From an uncultured Thermoplasmata archaeon (GTDB lineage Archaea; Thermoplasmatota; Thermoplasmata; Lutacidiplasmatales; UBA184): 64,000 nucleotides of DNA. The stretch spans positions 21,640-85,639 of the forward strand of contig CAWBEU010000007.1 of the NCBI GenBank assembly GCA_963787975.1. The letters are read 5' to 3'. The translations under genes were made by a program, and so were the position numbers. The notes under the pieces were generated by a model. The model had not been told where the DNA came from. It saw only the letters and a list, made by a program, of their open reading frames with translations, and searched no databases. Position 1 is the first letter of the stretch; the number at the start of each line of letters is the position of its first letter. This document shows, one piece after another, positions 9,440 to 18,527 of this stretch.

Positions 9440-10356
9440 TGATGGACCTCCCCACGACGCGAAGGAACGCTTCTTCGAGCGTGACCGGGCCCACGGTCGC
9501 GGTGAGATTGGCGTGGGCCGCGAGCGCGAGGATCTCCTGGAGCCCTCGCGGTCCCGTGATCACGTGCACCGTGTCGCCGTCGCGCACGAGAGGTCCGAAG
9601 GTGGCAAGCTGCGGCGAAATGCCGTCTCCGGAGACCACGGAGACCCGTAACGTTCCGCCGACGCTGTGCTTCAGATCATCCGCCGTTCCTTCCGCGAGGA
9701 GGCGACCACGGTCCACGATGTACAGCCGTTGCGAGAGCGCCTCGGCCTCGTCCAAGTAGTGGGTCGTGAGCAGGATCGTCGACCCCTTGGCGGTCAGCTC
9801 CCGGAACGACTCCCAGACCCCGCGTCGGGCGAACGGATCCATTCCTATCGTGGGCTCGTCGAGGAACAAGAGCGGGGCTTCGGTCGCAATCACGGTGGCC
9901 ACCATCGTCCGTTGCCGTTGTCCCCCGGAGAGGGTAATCGAGAGTCGGTCGGCGACCTCGGTGAGTCCCATCTGCTCGAGAGCGTGATCGGCCCGGCTCT
10001 TCGACGTCTCACGCGTGAATCCCCGGGCGCGGAGGTAGGTGTAGGCCTGCTCTCGCGGCGTCAGGTGCATGAACGGCTTGCCTTCTTGGGGCACGACGGC
10101 GAGGTACGGGCGGACTGATTCCGGGTCGAGCGATCGCGTCCTGACCGAAGATCTCCACGGTGCCCGAGGTCGGTGCGAGCAACGTCGAGGCGATGCGCAG
10201 GAACGTGGTCTTCCCCGCACCGTTCCGACCGAGAAGGGAAATGCGCTCCCCTCGCGAGACGTGGAGGGAGACGCCCGAGAGGGCCTCGATGTCGGGTCCG
10301 CCCCGTCCGCGGTAGATCTTGCGGACGGATTCGGCGCGGAGGGCTTGAGAATTCAT
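9426..10356 (-). CDS. ABC transporter ATP-binding protein, one +1 frameshift near 10129
   Basis: Walker A GRNGAGKTT in ORF 10009-10356; LSGGQRQR, Walker B LLFLDEPT and H-loop TTHY in ORF 9426-10220. Confidence 0.88.
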
Positions 10357-10536
10357 GGCGCGGCCGAATCTCGTCCTCTATTTCAATCTCGACCGCGATC
10401 GGCAACCGAGGACGGAAAATCTGGGCGCTCGGGAAGCGCCTCGAGAATCCGACCGGCGGACGCCGGTGTCGCGGACCCGACCAACTAGAGCGAACTCCCT
10501 AGCGGACCGCAGGACGTGGAGGATGAGCGAGTCCGC

Positions 10537-10932
10537 TCAGCCGCCGCAGCCGCAGCCGCCACCGTTCGACGAGTTGCTGCCGCAGGATCCGCATCCGCCC
10601 GCGACTCCAGCTTCATCCGGCTCGGGCAGGGTGGGATTGGTAATCTTGAAGCCCGACTCCTGGAGCGTCTCAACGTAATCGACGACGGCTCCGTCCACGA
10701 ATTTCTGGCTGCTCGGGTCCACGATTAAGGAGAATCCATCCACCTTGACGACGGTGTCGTCCGCGCGCGCCTTCGAGAAGGCCATGCCGAACGCGACGGC
10801 CGATCCCCCGCCACAGCCACATCCGCCTCCGCCCGGCTGGGCGTAAATGCGGACGCCGACCTCTCCCTTCTGGCCCTGCATGAGGCGGCGAATCTGCTCC
10901 TGGGCTGTGGACTTGAACTCGACTGCGACCAT
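10537..10932 (-). CDS. HesB/IscA-family Fe-S cluster carrier with Gly/Cys-rich tail
   Basis: GVRIYAQPGGGGCGCGGG...D.VVKVDGFSLIVDPSSQKFVDGAVVDYVETLQESGFKITNP; start at MVAVEFK. Confidence 0.85.
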   Translation of the reverse strand: MVAVEFKSTAQEQIRRLMQGQKGEVGVRIYAQPGGGGCGCGGGSAVAFGMAFSKARADDTVVKVDGFSLIVDPSSQKFVDGAVVDYVETLQESGFKITNPTLPEPDEAGVAGGCGSCGSNSSNGGGCGCGG

Positions 10933-11077
10933 GATTGACCTCGTCATTCCAACGAGTGCGGTCCCTTTGATAAGCATTCTCCCATCGAGTCGCACCTGAT
11001 TTCCTGTCGCTCATCACGCGACGAACTGTGAGCCACCGAGGAATCGACGGGGCTCAAGCCCGCCGAAGCGCGAGGCG

Positions 11078-12787
11078 CTACGCGTTCGGCGGAGTCGGGG
11101 GGCTGCCATTCAACGTGACGTCGGGGTCGGACATTTCCCTCCAACAGACGCGGGCCAGCCGATTCGCCCATCGCTCCGGTATCCCGATTGCGCCCGCGTA
11201 GATCCGGACGTCCTGGCGTGAGAGCTCTCCCACCGCGATAAGGACGATCACATAGACCGCCAGCGCGAGCGCCCCGATGGCCACGAGTTGGTACCATCGA
11301 TTCACCGCGAAGTACGCGTTGACGCTCGCCAGCGCATTGAGACGGGACATGACCAGGAACTCGGCGACCGCGGCGAGTGGGATGGTCCAGAGGGGTCGCC
11401 AACGGAACGGGAGCTTCATGTTCGTATACAGGAAGTACGAATTCAGCGCGAGCGCGGCGATCGAAGACAGGAGCGCGGCAAACGCGATCGCAGCGAGGCC
11501 GGTGAATCCGAGCACGCCTCCCGATCTCAGGAAGGCGAAGATCCCGGCGAACAACACCACGACCTGCACCGACGTCAGATAGAACTCGAGTCGTTGGAGC
11601 CCGATCGAATTGAGTGCGGTCCCGATGATCTGACTTAGCGCGAGCGGGATCGCAGAGATCGCGAGGATGGCGAGCGGGATGGCGCCGCCGCCGGCGCCCG
11701 GAAGGGGTCCGAGGTAGGATTTCTGGAATAGGATGAGCAACAGGTTCACGCGATAGACGACGAACAGGACAGCCCCGGGAACCACCATCATACCGGTGTA
11801 CCGGAGGGCGCGCCAGACCCGGTCCCGGAGCAACCCCATCTCCTTCCGTTCGTGGAGGCCGGCCAGGTGGGGGAAGAGTGGGACGACGACGGCGGCCGGA
11901 AGGGCCAGTAGCAGCACGCGGAACCCGTTCGCCGCGTTGAAGATGGCGACGGCCGCCGTGTCGTAGAAGGCCCGGGTGAGGAGCGGCATCGCGTTCGTTA
12001 CGAGGTACATGAGCCCCATGCTGCCGAGGAGGGGCCAGGAGTAGCTCAACAGATGCCGGAGCTCCGACCACTTGGGCGCGGCGTAGTGCTTCCAGACCGC
12101 GGGGACGGCGATCGCCGACGAGGCGGCCGCCCCGGCGACATAGCCGCCCGTGAGGCCCCAGATCGCATGCGCGTTCACCGCGCCCGCAACGGTCGGAAAC
12201 GTGAGAGCGACCGCGACGAGCACAGAGGTACGCACTAGGGACTCGACGAGCGTCGGCAGCTGGCCCCGGATCGAGTTCCCCAGCCCTACGTAGAGCTGAC
12301 TGTAGACCACACCCGGTGTCCAGAGAAGCGGGAGCAGCATGAACACCGCCAGACAGAGGTACAGCGTGGAGGAGGGGATCGTGAGCCCGCCGGACATCGA
12401 GACGATACCGATGAACGGGGCGACCGCGAGGAGGGCGAGGCCGAAGATGACGACGAACGCTGCACGCGACGCGAAGTACGTTCCCGTGAATCTCTTCATC
12501 GACGGGTCGCGGGCGACGTAGTAGACGAAGGCCGAACCGAGCCGCAACTCCCCCAGGGCGTTGATCGACGACGCGAGGAGTAGGTTGAACTGGACGAATC
12601 CCACGAGGGCGATGCCGGCCCCCGGGGCCGCGATGTGCCGCGCGATGAAGAACGAACTGATGTAGCCGATCAGTTGAGTGATAAACGTCACGACGTAGAC
12701 GAAGCTGGAACTGATGGCGAGCGGGCGTCCCTGCGGAGTGGACCCGGTCTCGACGGACGGCTGCTGGGAGGGAACGGGACCCGCCAC
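11078..12787 (-). CDS. MOP-superfamily oligosaccharide flippase / polysaccharide biosynthesis protein (Wzx/RfbX-like)
   Basis: About 14 TM segments; LLSYSWPL, AVAIFNAA, VVPLFPHLA, ALRYTGMMVVPGAV. Confidence 0.8.
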   Translation of the reverse strand: MAGPVPSQQPSVETGSTPQGRPLAISSSFVYVVTFITQLIGYISSFFIARHIAAPGAGIALVGFVQFNLLLASSINALGELRLGSAFVYYVARDPSMKRFTGTYFASRAAFVVIFGLALLAVAPFIGIVSMSGGLTIPSSTLYLCLAVFMLLPLLWTPGVVYSQLYVGLGNSIRGQLPTLVESLVRTSVLVAVALTFPTVAGAVNAHAIWGLTGGYVAGAAASSAIAVPAVWKHYAAPKWSELRHLLSYSWPLLGSMGLMYLVTNAMPLLTRAFYDTAAVAIFNAANGFRVLLLALPAAVVVPLFPHLAGLHERKEMGLLRDRVWRALRYTGMMVVPGAVLFVVYRVNLLLILFQKSYLGPLPGAGGGAIPLAILAISAIPLALSQIIGTALNSIGLQRLEFYLTSVQVVVLFAGIFAFLRSGGVLGFTGLAAIAFAALLSSIAALALNSYFLYTNMKLPFRWRPLWTIPLAAVAEFLVMSRLNALASVNAYFAVNRWYQLVAIGALALAVYVIVLIAVGELSRQDVRIYAGAIGIPERWANRLARVCWREMSDPDVTLNGSPPTPPNA

Positions 12788-12817
12788 CGGAACTCTCTCC
12801 GCCGAGCGTTCCCCGTG

Positions 12818-12825
12818 TTATTATA
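12818..12825 (-). promoter_or_regulatory. TATA-box candidate (TATAATAA on - strand) about 31 nt upstream of the flippase start
   Basis: AT-rich octamer in a GC-rich divergent intergenic region; spacing fits an archaeal leaderless transcript. Confidence 0.45.
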
Positions 12826-12892
12826 GCCCTTCGCCGAAGTGGCTCGGTCAGTCGGTGCCGGAACGGCACGTGGGCCTGGGACTCGTGCGGAA

Positions 12893-13393
12893 GTGAATGC
12901 TCCCTCTGTGCCCCCGCTGCCGCCTCCCCATACGCGGCTGGGCGTCGGGGGGGTTCTGCTCCGAGAGGGCCGGGTGCTGGTCAACCGGGCCGTCTACCGG
13001 ACGCGGTTCACGATTCCCAGCGGCTACGTCGAGCCCGGCGAAGGATTCGAAGCGGCCCTGGCACGCGAGTTCGAAGAAGAGACCGGGGTCCGCGTGTCCG
13101 TCGGACCGTTGCTCCTGAGTCGGCACAAGGTGATCAGCACGGGCGAGAGCGACGTGTACTTCGCCTTCCTTCTGGAATATCGAGAGGGCACCCCGGAGGC
13201 GCGTCCCCCGGAGATCGCGGAGATCCGGGAGCCGACGATCCATGAAGCCTTGACGGCAGTGTGGATCTCCGAGCTCTCCCGGCTGGCGATTCGCCTGGCC
13301 GGGGAGAAGGTCTTGGGTTGGCCCCGTTCGGCATGGCCGGGTGGAGAAGTCCCCGGCCTACTCTCGGAGACGTACCACGCCCCTCCCAAGTAG
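12893..13393 (+). CDS. NUDIX hydrolase
   Basis: Nudix box SGYVEPGEGFEAALAREFEEETGV. Confidence 0.9.
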   Translation: MNAPSVPPLPPPHTRLGVGGVLLREGRVLVNRAVYRTRFTIPSGYVEPGEGFEAALAREFEEETGVRVSVGPLLLSRHKVISTGESDVYFAFLLEYREGTPEARPPEIAEIREPTIHEALTAVWISELSRLAIRLAGEKVLGWPRSAWPGGEVPGLLSETYHAPPK

Positions 13394-13423
13394 TGGCCGC
13401 GACGCGGCCAGCCTGGGGTTGGC

Positions 13424-13870
13424 CTAGTCGCCGCCCCGCGATGCAGGGGGTTCGTCGGGGGCTTCGGCCTCCCACAGTTCGACCCAGATGCCGTCCGGGT
13501 CCGACAGGAAGACGAGGCGCTCGTCCCCTTCGCGGAAGGGAGCTATCCGGACCTTTCCTCCGAGCGCCTTGAGTCGTTCGATGGTGGCATCGAGTCCCTC
13601 CACCCGGAACCCGAGATGGTCGAGCTCATCGCCTTCTCGGAACGGGGGGGCGTCGGGGTAGAAGTTGAGTTCGAGCTGGGCCTTGCTTTCGGGGTCCTCC
13701 AGGGTCTCCCAGATTCCCCCGGCGGCCACCCGGCCGGAACTGTGACGACGGAGCCCCAGCCCCTCGCAATAGAATCGTCGGGAGCGGTCCAGGTCACGGA
13801 CGCGGATCCCAACGTACTCGAGCACGTCGGCTCGGAGGAAGACCCCCGCTAAATCGGTTCCGCGAGGCAC
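13424..13870 (-). CDS. VOC/glyoxalase family protein
   Basis: YVGIRVRDLDRSRRFY, LEL, DHLGFRV, FLSDPDGIWVEL. Confidence 0.9.
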   Translation of the reverse strand: MPRGTDLAGVFLRADVLEYVGIRVRDLDRSRRFYCEGLGLRRHSSGRVAAGGIWETLEDPESKAQLELNFYPDAPPFREGDELDHLGFRVEGLDATIERLKALGGKVRIAPFREGDERLVFLSDPDGIWVELWEAEAPDEPPASRGGD

Positions 13871-13917
13871 GACCGCGGAGATCGTATGGTTCGAGGGCGG
13901 ATGCGCGAGGCTCGCGG

Positions 13918-13923
13918 TTATAT
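13918..13923 (+). promoter_or_regulatory. TATA-box candidate (TTATAT) about 24 nt upstream of the metallophosphoesterase GTG
   Basis: Sequence and spacing only. Confidence 0.4.
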
Positions 13924-13946
13924 CCCGATGGCGAGTTTGGCCGGCA

Positions 13947-14903
13947 GTGGGGCGCTTTCGCGTTTATTTCGTCAGCGACCTTCACGGCTCTGAGGTCTGT
14001 TTCCGGAAGTTCCTGAACTCCGGGCCTGTGTATTCTCCGGACCTCATGATCTACGGGGGAGACATCCTCGGTAAGACGCTCGTCCCGATCTTCCCGGACG
14101 AAGGCGGCGGGTTCCGGTGGTATCCATCCGGGCATGGGACCCAGCACGTGACCGACGCCGAGCTTCCGGCGGTTCAGAGGAAGATTGCCGACTCCGGGCG
14201 GTACTACCTGGTCACTTCCCCGGAGGAATGGGCGCGCCTCCAGCGCGCGCCCGAGGAGATGGAGAGGACGTTCGAGCGGCTAGCCCAGGAGCGCCTTCGG
14301 CATTGGCTCGCCCTCGTCCGGGAACGCCTCACCCCCAAGAAGATCCCGATCGTGATGAACGTGGGAAACGACGATACGAACGCCACCCTGGACCTGATCG
14401 AAGCGGAGGGACCTGAGAATTTCCTTGTTCCGGAAGGGCGCGTGATATCGGCAGGGCCCTACGAGATCTTCGGCTGTGGCTACGCGAACATGACGCCCTG
14501 GCACTGCCCCCGGGACCTGGAAGAGGTCGACCTCCAAAAGGAACTCGACCGGACGCGCGGGCAGATCGGCAACCCCCGGCGGACCATTCTCGACATTCAC
14601 GCGCCGCCCTACGAAACCTCGTTGGACATGGCGCCGCAGCTGAGCCCGGACTTCAAGCCCCAGGTGGTCGCCGGGAACATGTTGATGCATCACGTCGGGT
14701 CGACCTCGGTGCGGGACCTGATCGAGTCGGTCCACCCCATCGCCGGCCTTCACGGTCATATTCACGAGTCCAAGGCGGTCGACAACGTCGCGGGCGTCCC
14801 GGTGTTCAACCCGGGGAGCGCGTACTTCAGCGGCCAGCTACAGGGGCTGCTCGTCGACTTCGAAGGCGACCGGGTGCTCTCCCACCTCTTCGTCCTGGGG
14901 TAG
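13947..14903 (+). CDS. Calcineurin-like metallophosphoesterase (copy 2, intact)
   Basis: SDLHGS, GGD, GNDD, IHAPP, GHIHE, NPGS. Confidence 0.88.
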   Translation: MGRFRVYFVSDLHGSEVCFRKFLNSGPVYSPDLMIYGGDILGKTLVPIFPDEGGGFRWYPSGHGTQHVTDAELPAVQRKIADSGRYYLVTSPEEWARLQRAPEEMERTFERLAQERLRHWLALVRERLTPKKIPIVMNVGNDDTNATLDLIEAEGPENFLVPEGRVISAGPYEIFGCGYANMTPWHCPRDLEEVDLQKELDRTRGQIGNPRRTILDIHAPPYETSLDMAPQLSPDFKPQVVAGNMLMHHVGSTSVRDLIESVHPIAGLHGHIHESKAVDNVAGVPVFNPGSAYFSGQLQGLLVDFEGDRVLSHLFVLG

Positions 14904-14906
14904 CGG

Positions 14907-15695
14907 GTGCCCGATAGCGTCCTCCTCGACGAAGCCCCCTTCATCGGGGAGCTCGAGCGGATCGTCCGGATGGCGGAGGAACGGGGGGTCGTCCTGAGGG
15001 CCTGCGGGTCGGTCGGTCTCTACTACCGCCTGCGCCACGACCCCGGAGCGCGCGCAGTGTACCTGTTGCGGGACGGGACGTCCCGTGCGACGCCCCTGTT
15101 CAAGGACCTCGACCTCGCCAGTCGGGAAAAACACTCCAGCAAGATCTACAAGTTGCTCGTGCAGGAACTCGGCTACACCGAGGACCGGGAGACCAACGCG
15201 CTCTTCGGGATGTATCGGAACGTGTACTTCCATCCCTCGTTCGCGATCGACATCTTCTACGACGTGCTGCGGTTCAGCCACGAGATTCCCCTCAAGGATC
15301 GCTTCCCTCCGGGCGTGACGCTGTCCCCCGAGGACCTCGTCCTCGGGAAGCTCCAGATCCACAAGACGACGCCCCGGGACCTGATGGACCTCGCCGCGGC
15401 GACCATGGCGTTCCACGTCGCCGCGCTCGACCGAAGGTACATGTCGACGATCCTGGGAGACGACTGGGGATTCTGGTACGACGCGGAGCAGAACCTCCGG
15501 CGGAGCAAGGAGCTGGTGGAGAAGCTACCGACCAACGGCGACCCCGCGAAGCTGGAGATCGCCTCCCGGGCCGAGCGCCATCTCCAGGAGTACCTCGACT
15601 TCCTGGTCGAGATTCCCAAGACCCGGAAGTGGGAGAAGCGGAGGTCGAAGGGGACCGCCGAGCCCTGGTTCGAGGACGTCGACGAGCTACACTAA
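14907..15695 (+). CDS. Uncharacterised nucleotidyltransferase-fold protein (copy 2)
   Basis: ACGSVG...KDLDL, IDIFYD, GKLQI, DWGFW; starts 3 nt after the phosphoesterase stop. Confidence 0.7.
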   Translation: MPDSVLLDEAPFIGELERIVRMAEERGVVLRACGSVGLYYRLRHDPGARAVYLLRDGTSRATPLFKDLDLASREKHSSKIYKLLVQELGYTEDRETNALFGMYRNVYFHPSFAIDIFYDVLRFSHEIPLKDRFPPGVTLSPEDLVLGKLQIHKTTPRDLMDLAAATMAFHVAALDRRYMSTILGDDWGFWYDAEQNLRRSKELVEKLPTNGDPAKLEIASRAERHLQEYLDFLVEIPKTRKWEKRRSKGTAEPWFEDVDELH

Positions 15696-16642
15696 CCGGT
15701 GCCGGCACGTCGCCGGGCGACGGCCGACATGACCTCGAAGAGTGCGTTGGCGGCCGTGAGCGCCGTCACCTGGCCCATATGGTCGTACTGCGGGGCGACT
15801 TCCACTACGTCGAACCCGACGACCTGGAGCCGGTAGAGTTCACGAAGGAAATGTATCAGCTCCCGGCTGGTCAGCCCCGGCTCCGGCGTGCCGGTCCCGG
15901 GAGCGAACGCGGGGTCCAGCACGTCGATATCGAGTGAGACGTACACTGGGTGGTCGCTGATCTCCGAGACGAGTTGGTCCATAATCGGCGCATACCCTTG
16001 GACGTCCACGTCCTCGGTGGTGTAGGTTCGATGGACGATCGCGGCATTGTTCGGTACGTCCTCGGCGTTGTAGAGGGGGCTTCGAATTCCCACCTGGAAA
16101 ACGTTCCCCTTGGTCACGAGCCCTTCTTCGTAGGCCCGCTTCACCCACGTGCCGTGGGTGTACCGCTTGGTCCCCCAGTACGCCTCCCAGGTATCGAAAT
16201 GGGCGTCGAAATGGAGCAGGCTGACCGGGTTCCCGGTCGCCGCCTTCTGAGCCCGGAGGATCGGCAGGGTGATCGAGTGGTCGCCGCCGGCAACGAACGG
16301 CACCACGCCCGCCTCGAAGATCGGTCGGAGACCCTCCTCAATCCGCTGGAAGGTGTCTTCGAGGAAACCGGGGACCGGATCGATGTCGCCGTAGTCGACG
16401 ATGTCGAGGATCCGGAAGGGGTAGACCTTCGCAAACATGTTGTACGAGCGGACCAGACGGGAATTGTTACGAATGGCCGATGGACCCTCCCGGGCGCCGC
16501 TCCGGAAGCTCGTCGCGTCGTCCCAGGGGATTCCGAGGAAGACCCCTTTGGCGGTGCTGAGGTCCTGCGACTGAGGTAACCTCGCAAAGCTGGCAATCTG
16601 GGCGAACCGGGGTGACCGGCCCAGGCCCTGCGGGTCGGTCAT
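15692..16642 (-). CDS. speB: Agmatinase-like ureohydrolase (arginase family)
   Basis: GGDHSIT, HFDAHFD, SLDIDVLDPAFAPGTGTPEPG, FDVVEVAP; the exact guanidino substrate is not proven. Confidence 0.85.
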   Translation of the reverse strand: MTDPQGLGRSPRFAQIASFARLPQSQDLSTAKGVFLGIPWDDATSFRSGAREGPSAIRNNSRLVRSYNMFAKVYPFRILDIVDYGDIDPVPGFLEDTFQRIEEGLRPIFEAGVVPFVAGGDHSITLPILRAQKAATGNPVSLLHFDAHFDTWEAYWGTKRYTHGTWVKRAYEEGLVTKGNVFQVGIRSPLYNAEDVPNNAAIVHRTYTTEDVDVQGYAPIMDQLVSEISDHPVYVSLDIDVLDPAFAPGTGTPEPGLTSRELIHFLRELYRLQVVGFDVVEVAPQYDHMGQVTALTAANALFEVMSAVARRRAGTG

Positions 16643-16660
16643 CTCGACGGATCGGCCGGC

Positions 16661-18304
16661 TTAGTCGGGAGGGAGTTCCTTGAAGGCCAATCCGATGTCA
16701 ATGCCCCGCGTCTTCTGGTTGTACCACCGGGACGCCAGATAGAGGATCCCGGCCCCGATGAACACGGCCGCGATGATCACGGCCCCCGTTTCCTTGTTCG
16801 AGGAGGTGAACCCGGCGGCCCCGCCGAGGAGCGGCAACGTGGAGACCAGGTACGCGGCGACCAAGGTCACGACGAAGGAGGCTCCGCCCGCGACCACCTC
16901 GAGCGGTTTCTTGACCCTCAGGCCGAGGCGCGCGAGCGACAGCGACGTCAGCATCACCGTGATCATCGGCAGGAAGAACAGAAGGAACACCATCGGCGTG
17001 TACAGCGCGAGGTAGTTGTAGGCAAGGATCGGGAGTAGGATGATCCCTGCGACGCCGATCGCGACAATCCCGACCCACGGTTGGTGGGTCGAGCGCGTCA
17101 CGTTGCCCATCCATTTCGGCACGAGCCGGTCGAGGGACATCGACAACATGAATCGCGAAAAGATGTAGAACCCCAGGATCAGCCAGAGGAGATACCAAGC
17201 CGCCGACCCCAGCATGATGATCGCGAGCAGGACGGAATTACCGTGCGCGGCGAACGCCGGGGCGGAGGTTAGGCCCATGGCAAACGGCAACCCCGGGATG
17301 GTCGTCGGCGGTGTCACGATCGCGGGAAAGTAATCCGTGAACGAGACCGACCCGTTCAGGAAGTTCATCCCGACGACCTGCTCGAAGGTGAACACGATCA
17401 GTACGGAGAAGACGATCGCCAGGATGAACGAGACCGCCATGCCGTACGTGATGCTCCGGGACGAGCGCTTGAACTCCCCAGCGATGTAGCTCGGCGCCGT
17501 GGCAAACATGAAGTAAAAGGCGAAGACCAGCGGCACGAAGAGAAGCGTATTCGTGAAACTCGAACCATATGCCACGAAGTTCGTGGCGCCAAAGTTGGAC
17601 ACGTCCTGGTAGTAGGTCGGGTCGGCGGTGAAGTTGTTCACTGCGTTGATGAATCCGGTGTGCCCCATCGCGAGGAGGAGTCCGCACGAGAGGAGAATCC
17701 CAATCAGCTCGAGAATGAGGAGGCCCGAGAAAACCTGGAAGGCGAGCTTGGGTTTCATGACAATCCAAAGCGCCATCGCGATGAGGGTGACGACGATCCC
17801 GATGATCGTGATGTAGAGGGGATTGCCGATCCCGAGGCTGATGCTGTTCCCCATGTTCTGCAGGTTGATGTTGTTGGTGAACGCGCCCCACACCGCAACG
17901 CCGGGCCCGACGCTCAGCGTCGAGAACCAGTAGGGGAGGACCGCTGCGTAGACGATGACGTTGAGAAGGCGGCCAAAGGCGGAGAGGACGCCAAAGTAGG
18001 GGTGCAACTGCCGGGAGGCGTAGACGTACTCCCCTCCGGACCTGGGCATCTCGATCCCGATCAGCGTGTAGGTCACGATCATCGGGATCGCGATCAGTGC
18101 GGCGAGCAGCGTCGACTGCATCAGGTTCGCGCCGGTGACGAACAACAGGATGATCAGGAACAGACCGAAGGCGGGGCCGGGTCCGAGCGAGATGAGGTTG
18201 ATGGAGAAGGACTCGAACGCGCCGAGGTCCTTGACGAGCCCGCTGGTCTTTCGCGCGAATACGGTCTTCTCGGTGTCCGCCGTCGATGCAGCCGTGGTAT
18301 CCAT
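16661..18304 (-). CDS. APC-family amino acid/polyamine permease (copy 2)
   Basis: FARKTSGLVK, MPRSGGEY, about 12 TM segments, C-terminal FKELPPD; 18 nt upstream of the agmatinase. Confidence 0.9.
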   Translation of the reverse strand: MDTTAASTADTEKTVFARKTSGLVKDLGAFESFSINLISLGPGPAFGLFLIILLFVTGANLMQSTLLAALIAIPMIVTYTLIGIEMPRSGGEYVYASRQLHPYFGVLSAFGRLLNVIVYAAVLPYWFSTLSVGPGVAVWGAFTNNINLQNMGNSISLGIGNPLYITIIGIVVTLIAMALWIVMKPKLAFQVFSGLLILELIGILLSCGLLLAMGHTGFINAVNNFTADPTYYQDVSNFGATNFVAYGSSFTNTLLFVPLVFAFYFMFATAPSYIAGEFKRSSRSITYGMAVSFILAIVFSVLIVFTFEQVVGMNFLNGSVSFTDYFPAIVTPPTTIPGLPFAMGLTSAPAFAAHGNSVLLAIIMLGSAAWYLLWLILGFYIFSRFMLSMSLDRLVPKWMGNVTRSTHQPWVGIVAIGVAGIILLPILAYNYLALYTPMVFLLFFLPMITVMLTSLSLARLGLRVKKPLEVVAGGASFVVTLVAAYLVSTLPLLGGAAGFTSSNKETGAVIIAAVFIGAGILYLASRWYNQKTRGIDIGLAFKELPPD

Positions 18305-18527
18305 TGCAGCCCCCCCAGGTTACGGGATCAGTGTCCGCGAAGGCGATTCGGACACCGCAAGGGCGTGAGCCCCCACGTTCCCGAAGACCGAACCGGCCTT
18401 CCGAGCACAAAGTCCTGAGCGAGTTTTGCTATTTAATCCGACCGATTTTGTCCGCCGAAGGATTCGCGAGGACACCCGACCGACGGGGAATGCCGACCTT
18501 TTCTATTCCGTCACGTTGGCCCGCCCG

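Noticed and set aside
10400-10539. Selenocysteine read-through of the HesB TGA stop
   Set aside because: The downstream frame is not protein-like, the TGA is not in a Cys-equivalent position, and I saw no SECIS.
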